Below are positions 56,514 to 64,000 of a stretch of DNA of 64,000 nucleotides, one piece after another. The notes beneath the pieces are model-generated. The model was not told the DNA's origin and searched no databases. It saw only the letters and a list, made by a program, of their open reading frames with translations. A program made the translations under genes and the position numbers. The DNA comes from Sumerlaeia bacterium. Lineage in GTDB: Bacteria; Sumerlaeota; Sumerlaeia; SLMS01; JAHLLQ01. Location: contig JAVJSW010000049.1 in NCBI GenBank assembly GCA_040219255.1, positions 64,001 to 128,000 of the forward strand, written 5' to 3'. Numbering within the stretch: position 1 is the stretch's first letter; every line of letters begins with the position of its first letter.

Positions 56514-57468
56514 GACAACGCCCTCGACTCCATCGGTGAGCGTCGTGGTCTGCACGCGCAACTCGAAGCATCGCGTGGAGGAAACGCTTCGAAGCTTACG
56601 GACTCAGTCCATGGCTCGCGAGCGGTACGAGGTTCTCGTCGTCGACAACGCCTCCGACGACGGCACCGATGAGATTTTGCAGGCTTTGTGCGCCGAGCTT
56701 GAACTGACCTACATCGAAGAACCGGAGCTTGGACTCTCCGCCGCCCGCAACCGCGGGATTCTCGATTCGGCCGGTGAACTGATTTACTTTATCGACGATG
56801 ACGCCGTCGCGCCGCCGTTCTTGCTCGATGTGCTCTGGGCGGATTTCGTTCGCGAAAACGCCGACGCCGTTGGCGGGGCGGTGCATGGTCTGTGGGAAGA
56901 AACTCCGCCCGCCTGGTTGAACTCGAACCTGTGGCGCGGACTCAGCCTTTTGTCTTACGGGAACGAAGCCCGGCCGCTCGTCTATCCGGAGATTTTGATC
57001 GGAACCAACGTGGGTTTCCGGCGAAATGTGTTTGAGCGCTATGGCTACTTCGATCCCGATCTGGGCCGGAAAGGCGACAATTTGATGGGCAACGAGGAAC
57101 GGGCGCTGGAAAAGCGTATTCTCGAAGACGGCGGGTTGGTTTTCTACAATCCTTCGGCTTTCGTGTTCCACAAGGTTCCCATCGCGCGCATGACGCATGG
57201 CTATATGTTCGAACGCATTCGCCAGGCGAGCCTGAGCGTTGGCCGGATGCGGGATTCGGACCTTACCCGCCGGCGAATCGTCGAACCTCTCTGGAAGGCA
57301 AGCTTGCGTGTCGTCTACGATTCGGCCAACCGGCGTGTGGTCCCCATCTGCCGGGGTCTGTATCGCGCGTGGATCACCGGATTCGAAACCTTCCGGGTCG
57401 AAATGGTGATGCTCCAGGCGGCCCTCAGGGCGAGAAAGGAACTCCAAAAGGCGAACCATCATGACTGA
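56500..57468 (+). CDS. Glycosyltransferase family 2
   Basis: VSVVVCTRN, VVDNASDDGT, GLSAARN, FIDDDA. Confidence 0.92.
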   Translation: MTSSETTPSTPSVSVVVCTRNSKHRVEETLRSLRTQSMARERYEVLVVDNASDDGTDEILQALCAELELTYIEEPELGLSAARNRGILDSAGELIYFIDDDAVAPPFLLDVLWADFVRENADAVGGAVHGLWEETPPAWLNSNLWRGLSLLSYGNEARPLVYPEILIGTNVGFRRNVFERYGYFDPDLGRKGDNLMGNEERALEKRILEDGGLVFYNPSAFVFHKVPIARMTHGYMFERIRQASLSVGRMRDSDLTRRRIVEPLWKASLRVVYDSANRRVVPICRGLYRAWITGFETFRVEMVMLQAALRARKELQKANHHD

Positions 57469-58402
57469 CAAAGACGCTATCCACCTCCTGACCCCTGCGC
57501 TGGTCGAACAGAACCCATTCCTCGCCATTCGCGTACTGGGTCAAAGTTCCCGGCTGGCCAAGCCTCTTGGCTGGCACTATCTGTTCGATCTCGTGTGGAT
57601 CCTGCGCGAACTCGAAAGCCTGAAGCCCGGTTCCACCGTCCTCGAAGTTGGCGCCGGAATGGGGCTACTCCAGTTCCTGCTAGCCGACAGCGGCTACAAA
57701 GTCATTTCCGCCGACATGGGGCTCCGCCGCCCCTTCGCCGCCACAGAGCACCTTTACCGCTTTGGCGAGATGGGGACCTCGGGCGAAATCGATCACGATT
57801 ATTTGAAGCACCACGAACGCGCGACAAAGCCCGGCGTGGGTCTGCCCACCCTCAATGGAATTCTCGACGCATCGCCGCGCAAGGCCCTGCGCGCGGTTCG
57901 CAAGTTGCTCAAACAGGACCCGGTTCGAAAGCAAAAACCCGCCACCAAGGAAGACCGCCCCGAGATCACGCTGTACCGATGCGACGCCAGCAACATGGCC
58001 GAACTCAAAGACAACTCCGTCGACGCGGCGGTCTCGGTCTCGGCCCTCGAGCACAATCCCGCGGAGAAGGTGCGCGAGATCAATCGCGAGTGCCTTCGTA
58101 TCGTCAAACCCGGGGGCCCGATCCTGCACACCGTCTCCGCCGTCAAAGAAGGCTCCGCGTTTCACGAAGAGAGTTTCAGCTACCTTCTCGACGAGGCTGG
58201 CCTGACAGAGGCTTATGACCTGCAATCCCCCGAATCCAATTTCGCGGATTTCGACGCCGTCTTCGCGGCGATCCAGGAGGGACGATTCCTGAAGGATTGT
58301 TTGGGACACGGCTACTATGGCAGCGGCCGAAATGGCATGCCCTGGGGCATTTGGAATCCGGCCTATCAGCCCGTGGGGGTCAAAAAGGTTGTCACTGAGT
58401 AA
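57461..58402 (+). CDS. Class I SAM-dependent methyltransferase
   Basis: VLEVGAGMG, DAAVSVSALEH, RIVKPGG. Confidence 0.85.
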   Translation: MTDKDAIHLLTPALVEQNPFLAIRVLGQSSRLAKPLGWHYLFDLVWILRELESLKPGSTVLEVGAGMGLLQFLLADSGYKVISADMGLRRPFAATEHLYRFGEMGTSGEIDHDYLKHHERATKPGVGLPTLNGILDASPRKALRAVRKLLKQDPVRKQKPATKEDRPEITLYRCDASNMAELKDNSVDAAVSVSALEHNPAEKVREINRECLRIVKPGGPILHTVSAVKEGSAFHEESFSYLLDEAGLTEAYDLQSPESNFADFDAVFAAIQEGRFLKDCLGHGYYGSGRNGMPWGIWNPAYQPVGVKKVVTE

Positions 58403-59714
58403 AGGTTTCTACCCCGCCATCCGGTTCTTGCGCTCGGCCGGTCCGGAGGAGTTGCGCCGGTGGCGCGCCGAGGCGCCGCGGGACAAGGTCTTCCTGTGGG
58501 ACGCGCTGTTTCTCGACCGGCCCGCGATGCGCTGTCTGGCCTCTCTGGCCGGAGAGGTCCACGCCGAGGACGCGATCCAGGCGGATGTCGAAGCGGTCAT
58601 CGGCCGGGCGGCCAAGCCTTTCACGCCCAGGAAGCCAGCCGCCGGCTCGGAGGCCGATGCGTCGGCGGGCGGGGAATTGAGCGGCAAGCTGCCGAGTCCC
58701 GGCGGGCCCATTCTCTTCTGCCCGAACAACGACACCCACGCCAAAATGTTCGCTCCGGTCTGGGGCCATCTGGAGAACGCCCGCTTCCTGGTTTTTTCCA
58801 AGCGCAAGAACGAACGCCCTGGCGAAACCCTCGCCTCCCTCGGCGTGCCCTTTGTGGATGGTTCGGTGCGGTCGGTGCGCGAGATTCGGCCGAGTTGCCT
58901 GGTCTTTGGCAACGACTGGAACCGCAAGGTCACCCAGCTCATCTGCGAGGCGCGCCGGCTCGGCATCCCGACGGTGACGCTCCAGGAAGGTTGCCTGGAC
59001 CTGGGGACGGCCATGGGGCGCCTCGAATGGTCCGATGTGCCGCTGATCCAGGGCCCCATCATGGCCAGCTACTTCCACCAGCAGGCCTACCTGCAAACGG
59101 GCAACCCGCGGCTGGACGGGCTCGCGCCCGAGCCCCTGCCCCGCCGCCCAAAGGTCATGATCAACTCGAACTTCACCTATGGCGTGTTCGAGGACCGGCG
59201 CGACGAATGGGTCCACACGGCGGCCCGCGCCTGCCAGGACCTGGGCGTCGACTTCTTCGTCTGCCAGCACCCGCGTGACGCCGGCCAATACCCGGACTAT
59301 GAAGTGCGCCGCAGCGACGCCACGAAAATCCACGACTTCCTGCGCGAAAGTTCGGTGCTCCTGTCGCGCTTCAGCACGGTCATCTACGAGGCCATGTGCC
59401 TCGGCCGCCAGGTCGTCTACCACAACCCCCATGGCGAGACGATGCGCCTGTTCAACGAAGACGAAACCGGCGCGCTCTTCAAATCCCGCACCGGCGGCGA
59501 AGTCAAAGCCGCCATCGAACAGGCGGTCGAGCCTCTGACCCCCGAGCGCGAGGCGGCTTTCGATCAGTTCCTGACGCTCCATTGCGGCACGCGCGACGGC
59601 CGAGCCGCCCGCCGCGTAGCCGGAGCCCTCTGCTACCTGGCGCGCCACGGCTCTGGCTGGAACGCCCCCATGCCCTCGCTGGCGCGGCGGCTGCGGTCGC
59701 TGATGCCGGGGTAA
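58389..59714 (+). CDS. Glycan biosynthesis protein (GT-B-like, possible ulosonate or polyol-phosphate transferase)
   Basis: GIPTVTLQEG, TGNPRLD, HPRD, FSTVIYEAMCLG, seen in GT-B capsule/sialyltransferase-like proteins. Confidence 0.6.
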   Translation: MSLSKGFYPAIRFLRSAGPEELRRWRAEAPRDKVFLWDALFLDRPAMRCLASLAGEVHAEDAIQADVEAVIGRAAKPFTPRKPAAGSEADASAGGELSGKLPSPGGPILFCPNNDTHAKMFAPVWGHLENARFLVFSKRKNERPGETLASLGVPFVDGSVRSVREIRPSCLVFGNDWNRKVTQLICEARRLGIPTVTLQEGCLDLGTAMGRLEWSDVPLIQGPIMASYFHQQAYLQTGNPRLDGLAPEPLPRRPKVMINSNFTYGVFEDRRDEWVHTAARACQDLGVDFFVCQHPRDAGQYPDYEVRRSDATKIHDFLRESSVLLSRFSTVIYEAMCLGRQVVYHNPHGETMRLFNEDETGALFKSRTGGEVKAAIEQAVEPLTPEREAAFDQFLTLHCGTRDGRAARRVAGALCYLARHGSGWNAPMPSLARRLRSLMPG

Positions 59715-59847
59715 GCCAGACGCTTCCCAATCCACCACCCAACTAGCCCTTGCACCAACCCCACAACGGCAAAACACTGCCCGTTCCCCGCCAGCCGCGC
59801 GAATCGCGGTGGGGCGGGCGAAGGACTTGTCTGTGGAGACTCGAATC

Positions 59848-60552
59848 GTGACGCGCCAATACGCCGCCCTCATTCCGATCAAGGACCACTCGGAGCGCGT
59901 GCCGGGGAAAAACTTCCGCTCCCTCGCCGGGCGTCCCCTGTGGCAGCATATCGTCGCGACCCTCCAGGACATGGACGAGGTCGGGGCGATCTACATCGAC
60001 ACCGATTCGGATCGCTTCACACCCGATGTTCTCGCCCCCTTTCCCAAGGTCCGCGTCATCACCCGGCCCCAGGAGTTGCGCGGCGATTTCGTGGCGACGA
60101 ACGCGCTCTTCGCCTACGACCTGACCCGGATCCCGGCCGAGATCACCCATTTCCTCCAGACCCACACGACCAATCCGCTGCTGTCTCCGGCCACGATCCG
60201 GCGGGCGATCGCGGCGTTCGAGGGGGCCGCCGCCGAGGGCGCCCGCGATTCGCTCTTCACCGTCACTCCCTGCTACAATCGCTTCTACCGGCGCGATGGC
60301 AGCGCCATCAACCACGACCCGAAGGTCTTGATCCGGACGCAGGACCTCGAGCCGCTGCTGGAGGAAAACTCCAACCTCTATCTGTTCTCGCGCGAGTCCT
60401 TCGCCGCCACCGGCGCCCGAATCGGAGCGCGGCCGATGCTCTTTGAGATGGATGGCATGGAAGCCACCGACATCGACGACGAGCTGGGGTGGGATCTGGC
60501 CGATTTCCTGATGGCGCGCCAAACCCGCCGCGAAGCGAAGGACCCCGCCTGA
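59848..60552 (+). CDS. Acylneuraminate/ulosonate cytidylyltransferase family protein
   Basis: LIPIKDHSERVPGKN, IDTDS, QTHTTNPLL, EENSNLY, DIDD. Confidence 0.9.
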   Translation: MTRQYAALIPIKDHSERVPGKNFRSLAGRPLWQHIVATLQDMDEVGAIYIDTDSDRFTPDVLAPFPKVRVITRPQELRGDFVATNALFAYDLTRIPAEITHFLQTHTTNPLLSPATIRRAIAAFEGAAAEGARDSLFTVTPCYNRFYRRDGSAINHDPKVLIRTQDLEPLLEENSNLYLFSRESFAATGARIGARPMLFEMDGMEATDIDDELGWDLADFLMARQTRREAKDPA

Positions 60553-60556
60553 CGCG

Positions 60557-61465
60557 ATGCGAGGCCTGCCCCGACCCGACCAGCCCAAAGCTTCGGTGAT
60601 TATCCGAACGTACAACGAGGCCCGCCACCTGCCCGAGGTGCTCAAGCGCCTTGCGGGCCAGGACCGCCAGGACTTCGAGGTCATCGTCGTCGACTCCGGT
60701 TCGACCGACAAGACCGTCGCCATCGCCGAGCTGGCCGGCGCCCGCCTCGTCCACATCGAAAAGTCACAGTTCACCTTCGGCCGGTCGCTCAACATGGGCT
60801 GCGAAGCGGCCCGCGGCGACGTGCTGATCTTCATCAGCGGCCATTGCTATCCGATGAATCGCCGGTTCGTCGACGAGATCCTGAAGCCCTACGAAGCGGA
60901 CGAGAAAATCGCTCTCGTCTACGGCATGCAGCGCGGAGGCAAGACCACCAAGTTCAGCGAGCACTGCCATTTCATCAAGACCTTCCCCCGCGAACCCATG
61001 ATCCCCCAAGAAGGCTTTTTCTGCAACAACGCCAACTGCTCGATCCGACGCTCGCTCTGGGAGCAGCGCCCCTTCAACGAAGCCCTCACCGGACTCGAAG
61101 ACCTGGAGTGGGCCAAATGGGCCACCGAGCAGGGCTGGCAGGCGGCCTACTCGGCCAAGGCCGGCGTCTATCACCTGCACGATGAAACTTGGAAGCAGGT
61201 TTTCCGCCGCTACGAGCGCGAAGCCATCGCCCTGAAAAATATCCTGCCGGACGTGTCGTTCTCCCTTTTCGAGTTCGTGCGGCTGTTCTTTCATTCCCTT
61301 TTTCTCGATTGCCGATATGCGCGCAGGCGCCGCCAATTGACCCGCCGGTGGAAGGAAATCGCCGCGTTCCGCCTCCTGCAATACTGGGGGACGTACTGCG
61401 GCGTCCATTACCACAAGAAGCTGACGAAGAAGATCAAAGAGCGCTTCTTCTATCCCAACAAATAG
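60557..61465 (+). CDS. Glycosyltransferase family 2
   Basis: SVIIRTYNE, VDSGSTDKT, FTFGRSLN, LEDLEWA. Confidence 0.9.
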   Translation: MRGLPRPDQPKASVIIRTYNEARHLPEVLKRLAGQDRQDFEVIVVDSGSTDKTVAIAELAGARLVHIEKSQFTFGRSLNMGCEAARGDVLIFISGHCYPMNRRFVDEILKPYEADEKIALVYGMQRGGKTTKFSEHCHFIKTFPREPMIPQEGFFCNNANCSIRRSLWEQRPFNEALTGLEDLEWAKWATEQGWQAAYSAKAGVYHLHDETWKQVFRRYEREAIALKNILPDVSFSLFEFVRLFFHSLFLDCRYARRRRQLTRRWKEIAAFRLLQYWGTYCGVHYHKKLTKKIKERFFYPNK

Positions 61466-61476
61466 GCCGCCGCCGG

Positions 61477-62151
61477 ATGATGTCTTCCCTCAGAGACGCC
61501 CTCGACATTTCGATCCTCGTCACGCCCGGCGCCGCCACCTATCCGGGCGAATGCCCCACCGTGCGCGAGATCCATCTCTGGCCCAACGCGGACCTGCCGG
61601 TCACGTGCCAGCACTGGTCCCTGACCGCCCACGCGGGAACCCACATCGACGCCCCGCGCCACTTCGACCCGCAGGGCCGACGCATCGAGGCCCTGGCCCC
61701 CGCCGCGTACGAATTCACCGCCGCCGTACTCGACGCTCAACACTATGGCGCTCATGTGGACGCGGCGTTTCTGGAGCACCGCAAGGCGCTCTTCGATGGC
61801 TGCGACGCCGTCCTGCTCAAGACCCACGGGGGCGAGAAATGGGCCGCCCCGGACTTCGATCCGAGGCATCAGGCTATCGACCCTTCCGCGGCGCGATGGC
61901 TGGTGGATCGGGGCGGGGTTCGGCTGGTGGGCATCGACTACTTTTCCGTCGAGATTTTTGGTTTGCAGCCCCCTTTGACCCACATCACGCTCCAGAGCGC
62001 CGGGCTGTTCATTCTGGAAGGAATCAGCCTCGCCGCGGCCCCCGAGGGACGCTATCGCCTCCAGTGTCTGCCGGTCCTGTGGAAGGACGCGGAAGCCGCA
62101 CCCTGCCGCGCTTTGCTGTTCCCCTGCCAGGTTCCCCCCACCCCCTCATGA
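61477..62151 (+). CDS. Cyclase (kynurenine formamidase-like) metal hydrolase
   Basis: HAGTHIDAPRHF, LVGIDYFSVE, AEAAPCRA. Confidence 0.9.
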   Translation: MMSSLRDALDISILVTPGAATYPGECPTVREIHLWPNADLPVTCQHWSLTAHAGTHIDAPRHFDPQGRRIEALAPAAYEFTAAVLDAQHYGAHVDAAFLEHRKALFDGCDAVLLKTHGGEKWAAPDFDPRHQAIDPSAARWLVDRGGVRLVGIDYFSVEIFGLQPPLTHITLQSAGLFILEGISLAAAPEGRYRLQCLPVLWKDAEAAPCRALLFPCQVPPTPS

Positions 62152-62159
62152 GGTCATCG

Positions 62160-63131
62160 ATGACGAAGCCTTACGTTCTGATTACCAGTCCGATCGCGAT
62201 CGCGCACCCCGAACCCTACGTCAGCGCTCTGCGCGCCAACGGCTTCGACGTGGTGCTCGACATGCCCCCAGGCCAGTGCATGGACGCCAGCCAACTCGCC
62301 AAACACAGCCCCAACATCCTGGCGTTGATTTGCGGCGACGACGAAATGTCGAAGGACGTCATCGACGCGAACCCGAACCTGAAAACGATCTGTAAGTGGG
62401 GCGTCGGCATCGACTCGATCGATTGGGCCTATTGCGAGACCAAGGGCATTTCCGTCCGCAATGTGCGCGGCATTCACAGCCAGTCCATGGCCGAGGCCGC
62501 CTGCGCCTATACACTCGCCCTCTACAAGAAGCTGGTCATCACCGACCGCATGGTGCGCGAAGGCCGTTGGGAGAAGGTCTGCTCCTACACCTTCGAGGGC
62601 TCGACCATCGGCATCGTCGGCCTGGGCAACATCGGCTGGCGCGTGGCGCGCATGATGAGCGGCTGGCCGGTGAACCTGCTGGGCTTCGATCCGGACCCCG
62701 GCGCCATGCCCGATTTCCCCGGCCGGCGCGTCGAGCGCGACGAACTGTTCAGCCAATCCAACGCCATCGTCATCGCCGCGCCGCCAGTCTCCGAACGCGT
62801 TCGCGTCCACCGGGCCGGGGCCGAACCGGAACTCGACCAAGTCATGCACCTGCTCAAGCCCGGCACGCTGTACGTCAATGTCTCGCGCGGGGCCCTGACC
62901 CCGGCCAAGCCGTTGGAGCAATGCCTGGAGGACGGCCGCATCGCCGCCGCCGCCATGGACGTTTACGAGGTCGAGCCCCTGCCGGCGAACTCGCGCCTGC
63001 GCACCGAATTCGCCGACCGCGTGATTTTTGGCGCCCACACCGCCTACAACTGCCCCGGCATCTCCGAGAAAGTCACCCGGCTGACCTTCGAGAACCTGTT
63101 CAAGGAACTGCAATGCCCACTGCCCTCGTAA
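62160..63131 (+). CDS. D-isomer-specific 2-hydroxyacid dehydrogenase (SerA-like)
   Basis: GVGIDSID, GIVGLGNIG, NVSRG, DVYEVEP, GAHTA. Start at 62148 or 62160. Confidence 0.9.
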   Translation: MTKPYVLITSPIAIAHPEPYVSALRANGFDVVLDMPPGQCMDASQLAKHSPNILALICGDDEMSKDVIDANPNLKTICKWGVGIDSIDWAYCETKGISVRNVRGIHSQSMAEAACAYTLALYKKLVITDRMVREGRWEKVCSYTFEGSTIGIVGLGNIGWRVARMMSGWPVNLLGFDPDPGAMPDFPGRRVERDELFSQSNAIVIAAPPVSERVRVHRAGAEPELDQVMHLLKPGTLYVNVSRGALTPAKPLEQCLEDGRIAAAAMDVYEVEPLPANSRLRTEFADRVIFGAHTAYNCPGISEKVTRLTFENLFKELQCPLPS

Positions 63132-63847
63132 CCGGCGCCGCCGGCGGCATCGGCCAGGCCGTCTGCCGCGTTCTGACGCAGAAGGGCTACCGGGTCATCG
63201 GGCTCGACCGGCACGCGGCGGACTGCGCGGCGGAGGGTTTCGTCGTCTGCGATTTGCGCGACGTGGCGCGGGGGTCGGAGAGCGCCCGCCTCCAAATCGA
63301 AGCGATCCGTGAATTCTGCGGCGGGCGGCTGGACCTGCTGGTCAACAACGCCGCCATTCAGATTGTCAAACCAGCCGATCAACTGACCGCAGAGGACTGG
63401 GACCGGACGCTCGCCGTGAACGTCACAGCGCCGTTTCTGCTGGCTCAGGCCTTCCTGCCGGAAATCGAAGCGGCCCAAGGCGCCATCGTCAACGTCGGCA
63501 GCATCCACGCCAACCTGACCAAGCCCCACTTCGTTGCCTACGCCACCAGCAAAGGAGCTCTGGCGACGATGACCAAGGCCCTGGCGGTGGAACTCGGCCC
63601 CCGCGGCATTCGCGTGAACGCCATCCTGCCCGCCGCCACGGAAACGCCCATGCTGGTGGCCGGGTTCGCCGATCATCCCGAGCAATTCCGCGAGCTGTCC
63701 CGGATGCACCCCGTCGGCCGCATCGCCCAGCCCGAGGAACTCGGCGAGTTGATCGCCTTCCTCGGATCCCCCAACTGCGGATTCCTGACCGGCAGCACCA
63801 TAGCCATCGACGGAGCCATCGGCGCCCGCCTCCACGATCCGGTATGA
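63113..63847 (+). CDS. SDR family oxidoreductase
   Basis: VTGAAGGIG, LVNNAA, YATSK, IDG. Confidence 0.92.
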   Translation: MPTALVTGAAGGIGQAVCRVLTQKGYRVIGLDRHAADCAAEGFVVCDLRDVARGSESARLQIEAIREFCGGRLDLLVNNAAIQIVKPADQLTAEDWDRTLAVNVTAPFLLAQAFLPEIEAAQGAIVNVGSIHANLTKPHFVAYATSKGALATMTKALAVELGPRGIRVNAILPAATETPMLVAGFADHPEQFRELSRMHPVGRIAQPEELGELIAFLGSPNCGFLTGSTIAIDGAIGARLHDPV

Positions 63848-64000
63848 GCGCCCTCCCCCCGGACCGCCGCCCCCTCGTCAGCATCGTCGTGCTGAACTGG
63901 AACGGCCTGGGTCGCCTCAAGCGCTGCCTGCCCAGCCTCCTTGCCATCGAATATCCCAACCTGGAATTCGTCGTCGTCGATAACGGGTCCACGGACGGCA
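63844..64000 (+). CDS. Glycosyltransferase family 2 (truncated by window edge)
   Basis: ATGA overlap with the SDR stop; MSALPPDRRPLVSIVVLNWNG...VVVDNGSTDG. Confidence 0.85.
   Translation, partial: MSALPPDRRPLVSIVVLNWNGLGRLKRCLPSLLAIEYPNLEFVVVDNGSTDG

Overview
GC-rich (roughly two-thirds G+C by eye) bacterial chromosomal segment with about 53 CDS. I found no rRNA, tRNA, CRISPR array, integrase or transposase. Gene content and protein style suggest a diderm of the Sumerlaeota/PVC-like type, but this is inference only. Contents in order: a GT4 glycosyltransferase; a secretin preceded by two secretin N-domain-only paralogues; an FG-GAP/ASPIC-UnbV protein; a low-GC orphan; an ABC-F ATPase; two bPH_2 proteins; a degenerate GxxExxY protein; a PilU-like ATPase; an M24 peptidase; an MFS transporter; a secreted metzincin; mgtC-like; hisI; an orphan terminase small/large pair with an 18-bp repeat array; iscA-like; proB; a large secreted nuclease; a NAGPA-family protein; ugd; an ECF sigma factor with a transmembrane extension; dxr-rseP; and a Wzm/Wzt glycan cluster that runs off the right edge. 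The three strongest novelty candidates: (1) three unrelated secreted proteins share a short C-terminal tail with Trp at -4 (WVVR, WQLY, WTIF), in one case exactly where FCB bacteria carry a T9SS sorting domain, suggesting an uncharacterised C-terminal sorting signal; (2) free periplasmic N0/N1 secretin modules are encoded in tandem with the full secretin; (3) an apparently intact terminase pair sits among housekeeping genes with no other phage genes. All family calls come from motifs read by eye; no database searches were run.
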